From NCBI RefSeq assembly GCF_032191835.1, contig NC_083238.1, positions 26,102,001 to 26,166,000 on the forward strand: DNA of 64,000 nucleotides, read 5' to 3'. The stretch is from Heteronotia binoei (Eukaryota). The notes under the pieces were generated by a model. The model was not told the origin of the DNA and did no database searches. It was given only the letters and a program-made list of their open reading frames with translations. The translations under genes and the position numbers were made by a program. Below, one piece after another: positions 24,961 to 38,139 of the stretch (the first letter of the stretch is position 1; each line of letters begins with the position of its first letter).

Positions 24961-25631
24961 GGATTCAGGAAGACACGGAGGCAGAAAAATCTTAGCACAG
25001 GATCCCAGATGTATAAGATTTTGAGCGCATCCATGATGATCTTGAAAGGACATGCTAGGTCGCTTCTAGACCTACTGAATTTTCCAAGCAATAAAATGTG
25101 CTGTCATTATACTGGTTATTGAGCTACAATGTAGTTTAAAAATGTATTAGCGCTGCAATTGTTGGTTGTTTCAACAAACAGGGAGCACATGTGATATCCC
25201 CTACAACAGTATTTCTTTTGGCGTATAAATGTGAAGCGTATGTTGTGACAGAAGGGTGTGTGTACATTTCTGAAGACATTATTGTTCCATAGACAATGCT
25301 TCTTGTGAGACCTGAACTGAAAGATGGGAGGTACCACTTAAGCCATTTTCTTATGGGTACTCCGTATCGGCTCATACTGGCTTAGCCTTACCCTTGATAA
25401 GGAGAACAAGACTGTGATACGTCTCCCCCCCCCACCCCGACCTTAATAGAGAGCAGAAAATATATTAAAAGAGCTGAGTCTCAGGTCCTTCCCATTCTCT
25501 GTTCACCTCAAATTCCTTTTATGACGCCTTAACATGAGTAAAGAGCTGTTATACACTACTATCTTTATTAAGAAGGGAGGGAGGGGAGAAAGAGAAGAGT
25601 TTTTTATGTTGTGCCCTATGCAGCTGACACT

Positions 25632-25803
25632 NNNNNNNNNNNNNNNNNNNNNNNNNNNNNNNNNNNNNNNNNNNNNNNNNNNNNNNNNNNNNNNNNNNNN
25701 NNNNNNNNNNNNNNNNNNNNNNNNNNNNNNNNNNNNNNNNNNNNNNNNNNNNNNNNNNNNNNNNNNNNNNNNNNNNNNNNNNNNNNNNNNNNNNNNNNNN
25801 NNN
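25632..25803. other. Assembly gap (172 N)
   Basis: Run of N. Confidence 1.
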
Positions 25804-27125
25804 GTAAATGACAGCTACACTGCAGCTGAGGCCCAGGTGTGAGACTGGGGAATGGGCTGATTTAAGAATGCTGGGTAATCAGGAATGTATAGTCTCCTAG
25901 ACTTTAATTTGTATCTTTAACCTCCTATAAATATCTCTCCGGATAGTATGGGAGCAGGTATGTGGTTTTTTTAAAGAGCCAGATCATGAAATTAGCTGCC
26001 GAATGACAGCCATTCTCTGCTCTCCTTTAGCTGCTGATTACCCCAGCTCCCAGTATGCATTAGCAAATGCATGCTGAGCGTTGGACACTGTAGTGTGGGC
26101 TCCACAATTTAATTATTACCTCATTGATTTTTCATGTATTTCAATTTTCTGTTCTTCAAGTCAGAGTGGCTCTTCTATTGGGGCAATGTTTATTTTCTCT
26201 TTCCCAAGATTTCCTTGTGGAATTTATTTGGAGTCAAATATTTGTTTGGTTTTATTTCTTCATGGGTTTTTTTTAAAACCCTTCAGGAATGCATCAATCG
26301 TTGCCATCTGTCAGTCGCCAGGCAGTTAAATCCGGAGTTGTGGAAATGGGGCTAGCGAATATTGCAATTGCCCTTACAGAATCAGAATCAAAATCATGTG
26401 TTGGCTACAGGAAATCACTGACAAAAGGTAGCTGCTGCTGCTTCTTCTTTTTCAAATTGTTCCTCTTTAGTATGCATTAAAGATCACACATAATTTGCAT
26501 CTATTAGCATTTTATTATTCCACTGGCATGGAGAAAGGGAAAATGAAAACAATTATTGCATCCTCAGTGGACATTTCTTTACTTAGAACTATTTTTACAA
26601 TAAATCATTTTTGTCCTTTAATGGCATACAGAATATGGTTATGCCAGGAAACCATAAGACGGAAATAGTGCAGCGTTTTAAAAGCACGGGAAGGCAGACT
26701 TCATTTATGCACATTTTCATCTAACTGTTTGAAGACCCTCAAGTCACAAATTTCCTATGCCTCTCTTATCAATAGGCAGAACAGATCTCAAAACCAAAGA
26801 ACTGTATTAAGGAAGGGTTGCAGGGACTGACAGTTTTACTGGCAAGGATGCATGAAAGGGATGACATTCATACAGGGCTAGTAAGGCAGTCCAAATCAGA
26901 ACTAGGAAAGGATCTTCAATGCCCAAATATTCCATTAGGCAGTCTTGAATACCAGAACAAAAATGATTTATTATTATTTTTTTTTCTGTTCTCCAGTATA
27001 CACAGATATTTTTACAACCTGCTCTGCAACTATTCACAGTGCCCATGCAAACTGGGGATCTGGTGTATTTTAGCTCTTTCTTCCATCAAGTTGCTATTCT
27101 TTCTTTCCCATTTTATCCTCACAAT

Positions 27126-27580
27126 CAGGGCTCTTTTTCTAGCAGGAGCTCCTCTGCATATTAGTCCACGTCCCCTGATGTAGCCAATCCTCCTGGAGCT
27201 TACAGTGGTCCCTGTACTAAGAAGAAGATAAAAGAAGATATTGGATTTATATCCCGCCCTCCACTCCGAAGAGTCTCAGAGCGGCTCACAATCTCCTTTA
27301 CCTTCCTCCCCACAACAAACACCCTGTGAGGTGGGTGGGGCTGGAGAGGACTCTCACAGCAGCTGCCCTTTCAAGGACAACCTCTGCCAGATCTATGGCT
27401 GACCCAAGGCCATGCTAGCAGGTGCAAGTGGAGGAGTGGGGAATCAAACCCGGTTCTCCCAGATAAGAGACCGCACACTTAACCACGACACCAAACTGGC
27501 TCTAAGCTCTTGGAGGATTGGCTACATCAAGGGGGCATGGCCTAATATGCAGAGGAGCTCTTGCTAGAAAAAGAGCCCTG
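27126..27580. mobile_element. hAT MITE (family-A variant) inserted in an old SINE and itself interrupted by a young SINE
   Basis: TIR cagggctctttttctagca / tgctagaaaaagagccctg. Perfect TSD ctcacaat at 27118-27125 and 27581-27588. Confidence 0.9.
27220..27502 (-). mobile_element. Squam3-like SINE, full length
   Basis: Reverse complement of the 8194 and 51414 copies. Confidence 0.9.
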
Positions 27581-28524
27581 CTCACAATGATCCTGCAAGG
27601 TAGGCTGAAAGAAAGTAACCAGGCAAAGGTCACCCAGCCAGCTTCAAGGGTCTGAAGCTGCATATTCCAGCTCCAACTCTGATATTCTAAACATCATACT
27701 GCACAGGCCTCTGAAGCTCACCCCAACTTGCATTCAGAATGTATAACAAAACTGACATCAAAGTTAGTACGACTCACCTCCCAAGCAGGAGAGATCTGCA
27801 CTCTCTGGATGAGAAATTGGTTCCCTTTTCCCCCTGTTTGGTCATCAGTGTGTCACAAATGAATGGCTCAAGCATGAATGAGCAATCAGGCTAGTAAAAA
27901 TGAGTGTGGAGTAATAATATTTGTGGGGTTATTTCCGCAAATCCAAGTGCCACTCACATTTCATCAACTTATACGTATAATATCTATTAGATGGCTACAA
28001 AGCTGCTGAAAAGTAAATGCCATGAACATTTCCTCCAGTGGTCCTCCCCTCTAAATATACCCCCAACTAGGTCTAGATTGGACGTCCAAAAGAAAGATGT
28101 TCCACAGCATCAGGTAAGGTACCGAATGCCCTTTTCACATCCTGGTGATATGCCCTTGATGAATATATTGCCAAGTGTGTAGAAGACTCCCAAATGACTT
28201 TCATGATGAAACATTGCGGGGGCGATGTCTCAAACAAACAGGATGTTTATGCATCTTTGGATCCAGATCAGCACTTACCGTAAATTGTTCCAGAAGGATA
28301 GCACAAAGCTCAAGCAAATGGCAGACATGCTTGTTAGCCCACCATCCCTGTCAACCTACCTGACCTGTTTTTCTCCAGAATTAAGCTCCTGAGCAGAGAG
28401 CTAAGGAAGAGAAAGCAAAGCCTTTCCCAGAGGCTTGGCTGCAGCCTGGCCCCTCTATTCTTGAACCGTATGACTGCTCAGCCATTCTGCAATAGAGCAT
28501 GAAAGGGAAAAAAAGTCTGGTGCC

Positions 28525-28890
28525 CATTGGGCAGTTTAACCCCACCCCACCCCAGGGACGGCAGGTGAGTGGACAAAAAAAGTGTGTCCAAACACACACA
28601 TCTGCCTGCCATCCCACTCCCACCCTCAACCTGCCCCACCTTACCTGCAGCTGGCTCAAAAAGGTACCACTTTGAAAGTGGTACCTAATTGCTGAGGCAC
28701 CTTTGAGGCTGTCTGGGAAGTTCTCAAGAAACCCCTGGGGAGAGGTGGAGGGGTGCATGAGCACTCTGGAGCTCCCCTGGGGCGCTCATGGCCCATCCCT
28801 GTTCTGCAGGCCATCTGGACACTTTGGGGTGCTTCAGTTTCTGCCAGCTCACTTCCGGGTCAGCACGCTGCCACCCTGAGCTGGTGGTCT
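28525..28890. repeat. Unclassified interspersed repeat (inverted homologue at about 60470-61030)
   Basis: cagggacggcaggtgagtggacaaaaaaagtg...atctgcctgccatccc matches the reverse complement of gggatggcaggcaaatgtg...gatccacctgcctcccgtccccaggg. Confidence 0.55.
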
Positions 28891-29125
28891 GGAGCCAGCC
28901 AAAGAGCTCCTTTCCTTTGGCTTGACTAGGCCAACCGCCACTCATTGCTGCATCAGCAACCAGCTCATCTGCAAGAGGGAGGAAGCAACCACATGACCCC
29001 TTCTGCTAGTCAACCCATTTATATTTTATATTTCTTTCTTAGACCCCTAGAATTTTTTTCTCTTGAGATAGAAAGGAATAGTACCTTATCACCCACATTT
29101 ACCAGGAGACATGTATAACTTATAG

Positions 29126-29266
29126 CAGGGGTGGCCAACAGTAGCGCTCCAGATTTTTTTTTTGCCTACAACTCCAATCAGCCCCAGCCATTGGCCATGC
29201 TGGCTGGGGCTGATGGGAGTTGTAGGCAAAAAAAAACATCTGGAGAGCTACCGTTGGCCACCCCTG
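29126..29266. mobile_element. Near-perfectly palindromic hAT MITE (141 bp)
   Basis: caggggtggccaac...gttggccacccctg, whole element self-complementary. TSD acttatag/acttacag. Confidence 0.92.
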
Positions 29267-29536
29267 ACTTACAGCTCTTGCCCAAGATAGACCCAAGTGA
29301 AGCATTACAGTAGTCTAGCCTTCAGGTTACTAAGCTATGAATGGTATTAGAGACAATTTGATTCAGGAAAAGAGCTCCTACCCAATACGGCAACTTGGAT
29401 ATCCAGAAAAAGTTATCCATTCAGAAGTAGTAATACCAGGTGATCTAAGAGTGCAGTTTCGAGTGACCAGAGACACTGAACCTTAGTATTGGATGCCTTT
29501 TGTCCCTTCTTCTAGTTATCAGTAAGGGCTGCAAGT

Positions 29537-30100
29537 AGGCTTGCCAATCCCCAGGTCCCAGCGGGGGTTCTCCCACTTTCCCAGGCTCCTTCCCGCCCCC
29601 AGTCAGCTGGCCACAGCTACCATGTGCCTTTCCCCTTCAGAATGCTAGGGGAAAGCTTGCAAAGGCTTCCTTTTTGGATGGTGTGTCTGTGTCTTTAAGG
29701 CTGAATGGGGATGGGGTGAACTGGCAGAACAACATGGCTGCTCCCAGTAGCTGTGAAAGCAGCCCAGACCCTCCCTTGGTAGCACAGGCTTTTCAGAGGT
29801 CGTTTGCATAGTAAAGGGTAAACTTGAACCTTTGGTTTCCCTGTGTTATTGGAAGTTCAGCAACTCGTGAGTAAATTGCCCCAGTGAGACCACATGAGTG
29901 TGGGATTGCAAACTGTTTTATTTTTGCTTGTGTGTGTGTGTGAGAGAGAGAGATGATTTGCAGCTGCTTGGGTGAGGAAATGGGGACTGTATTCGGGGGA
30001 ACTACACTGCTGAGTTTTTATTTATTTATTTTAGGGAAAGTCTCCCGGCCCCACCCCGAAAGTCCCCTGATATTACCTGAGTTAGACTTGGCACCCCTAG
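29537..30100. mobile_element. taggcttgccaa...ttggcaacccta-type DNA element
   Basis: Starts taggcttgccaatccccagg and ends aaagtcccctgatatt...cttggcacccctag. Ends match 42627-43279. Confidence 0.6.
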
Positions 30101-31054
30101 CTGCAAGGAGGATTCTGTTGCATTCACAGCCATCACACAACAAAGTCCTGAAAGGAGACAGAGGACATTTATGCCACCCTTGGAGTTTCCTTAATAAGGA
30201 ACTAGAATTCTGCAGAATATATTCTATTCCTAAGTGTTATTCTGAGCACTTACACACTGCAAGGCAAAATATGCAAAAAATCATCCTCTCGACTTAGAGA
30301 GCAAGAGAAGAGACAATGGTTTGTAGGATGTAGGCAGTGAGGAATGACCTCTGTTCAGCTCATAATTTGAGCATAAATTGTGAGTGGAATTATCCAAGTG
30401 TTAGAACATTCACTTGCTTCAAAACTATGCCTTTGTTCTCTTTGCTTAAGTATGTTATCACTGTGTACTTTTTGTTTTGTACATTATTTGTTACTAGCAT
30501 TCCCAAAGCATTTGTTTGTTTTACATCATTATAATGCCATTTTTTACACAACTGATGCAATAACAACCATCAATTTTAACAGCAAATATGTCTATCAACT
30601 TTTGGAACAGGGTCAGGACAAAAAAAAAAGGAGTGCAATCTGATCAGGGAGAAGCAGAAACATTTAGACTGAAACAGTGGCTTATTTCCTACAACATTGA
30701 CTAGTGGAATGCAGCTTGTGGGCTCTTCTGTTGTAGTCTACCGAGTCTTCCCCCCAGCTTTCTGCTCCTGGGGCTCAGTTGATCCTCATAAACACTTTAG
30801 GGAATAAAAAGGGTATATGCAGTGTGAATAGGTATCAGCAAAAACCACCCTTCTCTGTGTTCCAACATCAGAAAAGGCTTTATGCCACTGGGAATAGATG
30901 GTAAGATGCAAACTCATGAAATATGGTAACATCCCTGTTTTCTACGTATTCTTCCAAGCAGTTCTAAATTGGATAGCAAATGTTTTATATATGGACTTTC
31001 TCACAATGCCATTTGGAAATGGTGGCTCCCATGTGGGGAAAGGCAACTTGCAAC

Positions 31055-31346
31055 CAGGGCTTTTTTTTGTAGGAAAAAGCCCAGCAGGAACTCATTTGCA
31101 TATTAGGTCACACCTTCTGACATCACCTTTGTTTCACACAAGGCTTTTTGCAGAAGGTTTAAAGTTTATTGGATTTATATCCCTCCCTCCCCGCTGAAGC
31201 AGGCTCAGGGCGGCTCACAACCAGTGGGAACTCATTTGGGAAAAACTCAGTGGGAACTCATTTGCATATTGGGCCACACCCCTTGACACCAAGCCAGCCA
31301 GAATTGCATTTCAGTGCATTCCTGCTAAAAACAAAAAAAAAACCCT
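31055..31346. mobile_element. hAT MITE, family A, containing a about 65-bp minus-strand L2 tail (about 31158-31222)
   Basis: cagggctttttttg...aggaactcatttgcatattagg. Insert ggatttatatccctccctccccg..ggctcagggcggctcacaac. Confidence 0.8.
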
Positions 31347-31596
31347 TGCATGCAGCACCCTGTGTACATGACCAAGACTAGCCTGTTGGTAAGCGACGAA
31401 TGCTACTAACTCGGCTCAGTGGCAAAAGCTGCTCTAAAGAGCTCATTTTAAACTGCCAATGTATCCGCAATTCAAATGCACACAGAACCAACTAAAAACA
31501 GAGACTACAAATAAAGTTAAGTTTAAATTCTGACTATATCATTTGTGACATGTGCAGCCTCACCTGAAATGCGACAGTTTGCTCCCACTAGAATCC

Positions 31597-31860
31597 CAGG
31601 GCTTACCCCGGAGCGACGTCCCTCTTCACCGCGCAGCGTCTGCGCGGATTTCACACCAACTGCTCCACAGAACCCGGAAGAGCCGCAAAGTGCCGTGGCT
31701 TTTGCGTCGCAAATGTAAACCGCCAAAACCCAGTTTACATTTGCGACGCAAAAGCTGTGGCTCTTCGCGGCTCCGCGGAGCAGTTGGTGCGAAATCCGCG
31801 CAGACGCTGCGCGGTGAAGAGGGACGTCGCTCCGGGGTAAGCCCTGTGTGAAAACGCCCC
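31597..31860. mobile_element. CpG-rich long palindrome, MITE-like, left terminus truncated
   Basis: cagggcttaccccggagcgacgtccctcttcaccgcgcagcgtctgcgcggattt... pairs with ...aaatccgcgcagacgctgcgcggtgaagagggacgtcgctccggggtaagccctg; arms about 120 bp. Confidence 0.85.
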
Positions 31861-32479
31861 CAGTGTTGTTCCCATGATATCTACTGTTACCATCACATCT
31901 TCAAGGAAAGAGGAGCACAACATTTAAGTATTCCAAGTTCATCCAAGGTTTTTGCTTTTTATAAGGAATGGCTAGCGCTCGTATGCAACAGGCCCAGATG
32001 CATACATGGTTATACTCTAGGAATTTCCCCAATGCATCACAATTAAACAAACACCTGTGCTACTTAACTTTTTGCTGATCTACCAGGAAAATGTGGGGAA
32101 TGTTCAACAACCCTTAGAATTTGCCATTTATTATCTGTGGTGGGGTTAGTGTGTGATTGAACACTAACTTACAGTGTAAAACATGGAAGGACATTAGCTC
32201 AGGACTTCTGAGGAACCCAAAAATTGTTAACTACATGCTTACAGTGAAGGTACAGCTTCTCTGTATTTAAGTATTTGCTGAACAGTTTTGACAAGTGGAA
32301 CACTGTCCCACCCACATGTCTTTTAAAAATCAACTGGAGCAAAAGACAAAAACCTAATAGTGGAATAAGGAAACATTTCTGTTGTAAAAGTAATTATGCA
32401 ATAGAAAGAGGTCCTCAAAAATACAAACTCACACCAAAGAATAGGAAGGAGATTTAGAAAGAAGGGATGCTGAATGAAA

Positions 32480-32632
32480 CATAATAGTTTATATTGTGTG
32501 TGTGCCAACTTATGGCAATCCTGTGGGGTTTTCAATGTAAAAGATGAACAGAGGTGGTTAGCCATTGTCCGCCTCTGTATAAAAACCCAGGACTTCTTGG
32601 TGGTCTCCCATCCAAGTACTAACTAGGGCTAT
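32480..32632 (-). mobile_element. 5S-derived SINE fragment
   Basis: ttggtggtctcccatccaagtactaactagggc is antisense 5S, preceded by a BovB-like tail. Confidence 0.65.
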
Positions 32633-33289
32633 GGAGCCTCTCTTCATCATACCTTTGACCAATCAAGACCTCTAACCACTGGAGACTTCTGACTTCTTAC
32701 CTTAATTGCCAAAACACAAGACACCCAAATGCTTTCTCTATACTTTCCCTCACCACATTAGCCCAACTAAAGCTCAGCTTTTGATCCTGAAGTGGTTCTA
32801 CTTTTGTTGTCTGTTGTTAACAGAAGGCACATCCATCAGTGGAAAAGAAGTTTCCTGCTCCCTCCCCCCCTCCTTACACTTCAGCCCATTGATCTCCCAG
32901 AAATACTGCTCCTGGGGGATAGGAGGTCTTCAGGAATGGCATGAGTGTCAAATTTGTGGAGGGGATCTATGGCAAGAAGGGAGAATGGGCAGAAATTGCA
33001 CCTCCACTACTGTTAGCAGAAAATTTAGCCTGGATACAACCCTCTGGCAGTAGCTCATTTGCTCCACAAACTATTACTCCATATGCCTGTTTCTCCAGAT
33101 AATTGTCTAAAGTTCTTGAATTTCACACATCAACCCTACCAAGACTCCCATCCTAGAACAAACACACACACCCCTAAATTCATGCAGGGTCTGTGTCTGC
33201 CTGAAGTATCAACTACCTGTTCTCCTTCCACCTCCAGGTGACTTCTTCACTCAGAATAAGGTAGGTAAAGTAATTATCCTTGCTATTCC

Positions 33290-33562
33290 CCACCAGTTTG
33301 GTGTAGTGGTTAAGGGCACAAACTCTAATCTGAGAGAACTGAGTTTAATTCCCTACTCCTCCACATAAATCCAGCTGGGTGACTCTGGGTCAGCCACAGT
33401 TCTTGCAGAGGTGTTCTCTCAAGAGCAGTTCTCTGAGAACTCTCTCAGCCCCACCTACCTCACAGGGTGTCTGTTGTGGGAAGGGAAAGGAGACTGTAAA
33501 CCACTCTAAGACTCTTGAGTGAACAGAGGGGTATAAATCCAATTTCCTCCTCCTCTTCTCTA
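33290..33562 (+). mobile_element. Older Squam3-like SINE subfamily copy
   Basis: ccagtttggtgtagtggttaagggc...gagtttaattcc...gggtataaatcc plus tc-rich tail. Confidence 0.8.
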
Positions 33563-36500
33563 CCCATCAATATATCCCTTACTTTGTAAAAGTATCTATG
33601 AGTGTTCTGATTATTTATATTTGCTTAGCAAACAATAATTGATTATGCTACTATGTTCCATGGTTTGATACTATACCTCCTCAAGAGCTTTGACTTCTGT
33701 TTTAAGGATCCCACTCCCCAAGCATGATTCTATCTTTCTTTCCCTTTCGTTTACACTGGGTATTAAAACCTGTATCTCCTTTAGAACAGGTGGTAGGAGA
33801 AAGGTGTCTCTAATTTGTTTGACTTTGGATCTAAGTAAAAGGAGGCACGGTCCACATTGACACATTTCTAGTAGAGATGCATTGTCCTTAGCACACATGT
33901 AACATGATCAGAGTAAGGATGCTCAAGAATGTTCTCTGTTTGGATCAGCATTTGCTCACACAATAACCAAGCATACATGATCATTTGGCTACACATCCAG
34001 TCGCAAGCTTAAAGTTGCCACTGCTTGCATATGAAAATATCCATAATAATGATTACTTTTGAAATGCAAACAAATCTTTAGTGATCAATATTGGCTCACC
34101 TAAAAAAAACAATGCTTTTTAGACACAGAAAGTTCAATGCCAATGACATTTCCTGCAATGTCCTCAACATCCCTGGAGCTACCAATACTACATGAAGAGT
34201 GAGGAAACAAGCAACAGAGGACAACAGTTACCTCCATACTCTGATTGTTTGCTAGCTTTTGAGAGAATAGGATGCTGGACTGGGTGGATCTTTAGTTTGA
34301 TCCAGCAGGCTACCATAAATATCCCATGTTCATCAGTTATGGAGATCCACAAGAGAAGAGAGCTGTCCAACAGAATGCAGAAGGGAAACCAAGTCCAGTG
34401 CTAGATTCCAAGGCGAGGTTGCTGAAACAGCAAGTAGCTGTTCCGTCAAGTCAGTTACAGGAAGGAACAAGAAACTTGACTAAATATGAGTTACACCAGC
34501 ACTGGCCCAGAGCCACTGACAGCTCTTAAAACAAACCCTACTGTCCCATGGCTTCTCTCCTAGCTTGCCACCATCTTGGTTCTTGGAGCACAGCTGGGGG
34601 AGTCCAGAAGCTGCAGGGCAAATCCAGAGATGGGGCAATAGGCAAGCAACTAGATCCCTGAGGTCCAGAACACAACATTCTCAATGGCATTCCTGTGAAA
34701 GTGCTGTGAGTCATTCTGTCTCCAGCATGTATTTGGTCTTGCATGGAAGTTCTCTCTCTTTGAGGACGTCCCACCCAGTTCCAACTGTGGGAGCTGGCAG
34801 GTGTTGAAATTATAAGCTTAAACCCTCATTCTTACCTACAACACCTGTCATAATGACAGGCATTCTTCCAGTCTAAAATATTCTATTCTATAAACACAGA
34901 GCCGGCTGCCTTATTATATCCATATTGCTTTACCCCACACATAAAACAGAACAACATCTATGCCACTACACATAAACAAGTCATGAAGAAAACTAGCAAG
35001 GGTAAGGAAATTTCTTGTTCTCATTCAGGGCCTGTGACATTTGCTGGACTAGCCAAGAATACATGGGATGTTTTTCAGTATTGTGCATCATTATTGTGGA
35101 AGTCATTGTTTCCCTCATTAGTGCTCTAGATCTGTACATTACTTGCATTGCTGGTCATGACCTTAATGCTGACAGTCCATCCTTAACTCACCCTTTGGTG
35201 CCTAGGCACTGCAGCAAATTTGCTATGGTACGTGACATCTCACACTTGAATATTCGGCAGTATTTGAAGGCAAGGATGGCATTCAAATGCGTTTACTGAT
35301 CAACACAGTGACTAACAAGAGGCCTATTAGGGCAACAGAGAGGGAGTGAAAATCTGTTACATTTCCCCCCTCCCACTCTGTAAACATGCTGCATGTTTTT
35401 ATAATATTTATGCTACAGCTATTTTGGAAGGTTTTAATTTAATTTGTGTGATTGTGTAAGTGCCACACACACACACATATCGAATTATCAAAATGTGCTG
35501 TGCGTTTTGCATGTTAGAGCTACAAATTTTGTTGTCACATAAATCTGTGGGTTTTTGAAAAAAATGGTGAAGATGAACTAACAGAAGAGAGACTCGGTGT
35601 ACAAGATTATTAGTTTGTCTGTTGGAGTCAGAAGTACCTCTCTTACAGTTCATTTCTAGGAAATTTGATTTTTTTTAAAGATGTCAATGTTTTGCGATAA
35701 AAAGTAAGAGCATATGTGGAAACCTGAAACATGAATTGTCATGAACACACTGTTAATGGAGCAGACAGCAAGAACGGCAAATTGACAGAACAGTATAAAC
35801 AAGAGGATTTAGAATATGGGCTCCCCTCTCTGAAAAGGCCTACCTCACTTCAAGTTGAGGCCAGACTTTCCTTAAATCAAGTCCAGCTCACTGTGAGGTT
35901 CATTCCTAACTCCCTTGCTAATCAGCCCCCCCTGCCAGACCCCTCTTTTTACAAGCAACTCCCAGTACCTTTTATAACGAGAGAGGGGGGCAACAGGGGA
36001 TGTGGAATGACAAGAGATACTTTTCTGAACTTAACTTGAAATTATACTCCTGAACATGCTTATGAATGACATTGCCTATAAGGAAATGCGAGAGTTGTGG
36101 TTTTCTCTGCTTTGGATACAGGGGACACTATAAGTGCGCATTCCATAACAGGAAGTACAACAGGGGGAATATAAGACTTAACATTCAATATGGGAGTTAC
36201 AAGTAGCATGCTCGGAACAGGGTTGCCAGTACTGAAGAGTCTGAAGGGGCCAGTGCTCCATTTGAAATGCAGACCACCTCTTCTATTAGCATGAGATGGA
36301 GCATGGAATTAGAATGTGCTCTTGTGGCTGGGAAATTTAATGTACACTACAATCCATTGTGTTTTGGTGAGCATCAGTTATTGTGTGCGTTGCCAATCTC
36401 AGCTCTCAACCCCTAGGAAAATAGGGTTTTAATAAGTGTTTAAAGAGCATCCTTGAACTTCTCAGGAAAATTGTGTTCAAGTTGTAATGCAGCTGAGCAT

Positions 36501-37292
36501 TCTATGTAAATTTGTATTCCAAACTAGATCCTTAGGATTTCTGTCCTATTAATTAACTGGGACCGGGCTGGAACATTGCTTGTCTTTTTCCTATGTGATA
36601 ACCAAGTGAAGCTGCAGTGCAGGCTTTGTGAAGGGGAGATATCCCACCTCCAACCTTTCTCCAACTTAAGTGTGTCTTTCAATAGAAGATCCACTTGAGC
36701 TGAAGGAAGTCTTCAAACTTGCTCAATGGAGTGGTAGGATACAGAGCTGTGTCTTTGTCAAGGTCATTAATGAGGATCTTCTGGTTCTCAGGAAGAAAAA
36801 TTTTGGAGCTCCCATGGCTTGAATCGGGGGGTGGGAAAGTCCCACTTCATCAGCTCCATTCCCACTGGTTGGATCTTGTTGGATACAAAACCATTATATT
36901 GTAGGCTGAGACTGGCAAGTCACACAATAACATAGGGTTAGGGTTAGGGTTTGTGCTTCCCAAAACACAATGGATTGTAGTGTGTATTCTATACATTTCC
37001 CAGTCACAAGAGCACATTCTAATTCCATCATGTGCTAACAGAAGAAGTGGTTTGCATTTCAAATGGAGCACTGTTGCCCTTACAGACTCTTCTAATCCAC
37101 TGTTCAGGCATCTCACCCTTTTACTGAGAAACAAATACAACCTTGGCAAGACAAGTGGAGTGCCTCAAGGATCTGTCCCGGGACCTGTTTTGTTACCAGC
37201 AGCTTTATAAATTATTTGACTGAAGGAATAGAGAGAATGCTTATTAAATTTGCAGGTGATACTAAATTGGGAGGGGTAGCAAATACAGTAGA

Positions 37293-37596
37293 GCCCCGTG
37301 GTGCAGAGTGGTAAAGCTGCAGTACCGCAGTCGGAGCCCTCTGCTCATGACCTGAGTTCGATTCCAGCAAAAGCTGGTTCAGGTAGCCGGCTCCAGGTTG
37401 ACTCAGCCTTCCATCTTTCTGAGGTCAGTAAAATGAGTACCCAGCTTGCTGGGGGAAAAGTGTAGATGACTTGGGAAGGCAACAGCAAACCACTCCATAA
37501 AAAAGTCTGCCATGAAAACGTTGTGAAAGCAACGTCACCCCAGAGTCGAAAACGACTGGTGCTTGCACAGGGGACTACCTTTACCTTTTTTTTTTT
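37293..37596 (+). mobile_element. Sauria SINE inside CR1
   Basis: tRNA-like head gccccgtggtgcagagtggtaaagc, tail acctttacctttt. 16-bp perfect TSD tagcaaatacagtaga. Confidence 0.93.
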
Positions 37597-38139
37597 TAGC
37601 AAATACAGTAGAAGGCAGGGTCAGGATACAGGATGATCTTGAGAGGCTGGAAAACTGGGCTGAAACAAATTAATTTTAATGGGGATAAATGTAAAATTCT
37701 GCATTTAGTTAGGAATATCAAATGTATTATTATAGGATGACGAAGGCTTGTCTTGGAAATAGTATGCACAAAAAGGGATCTAGGGGACTTAGTGAAGCAC
37801 ATATGGAACATGAGTCAGCTATGTAATGTGGTAGCTAAAAAGGTAAATGTGAATGGTAGTATTAACAGAAGTATAGTGTCCAGATCATCAAAGTGATGGT
37901 ATCACTTTACTCTGTTCTAGTTAGACCTCACCTAGAGTACTGTGTTCAGTTTTGGGCACCAAATTTAAGGTTTTAAATTACTGGTTTTATTGATTTTATG
38001 TGTACCTTTTGTTGTACATCACCTAGAGCCCAGCATTGGCTGGGATGAAGCGATTCATTAATCATCATCATCTAGACAAGCTGGAATGTGCCCAAAGAAG
38101 GGCAATGAAGATGGCGAGGGAGTCTGGTGACCTAGGCCC

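Noticed and set aside
25030-25080. C/D snoRNA-like atgatga...ctga with hairpin taggtc-gcttcta-gaccta
   Set aside because: Only about 46 nt between the boxes, no convincing terminal stem and no recognisable antisense guide.
27991-28112. Plus-strand exon candidate MATKLLKSK...PQHQ|gtaagg
   Set aside because: Weak acceptor, unrecognised peptide and no partner exons.
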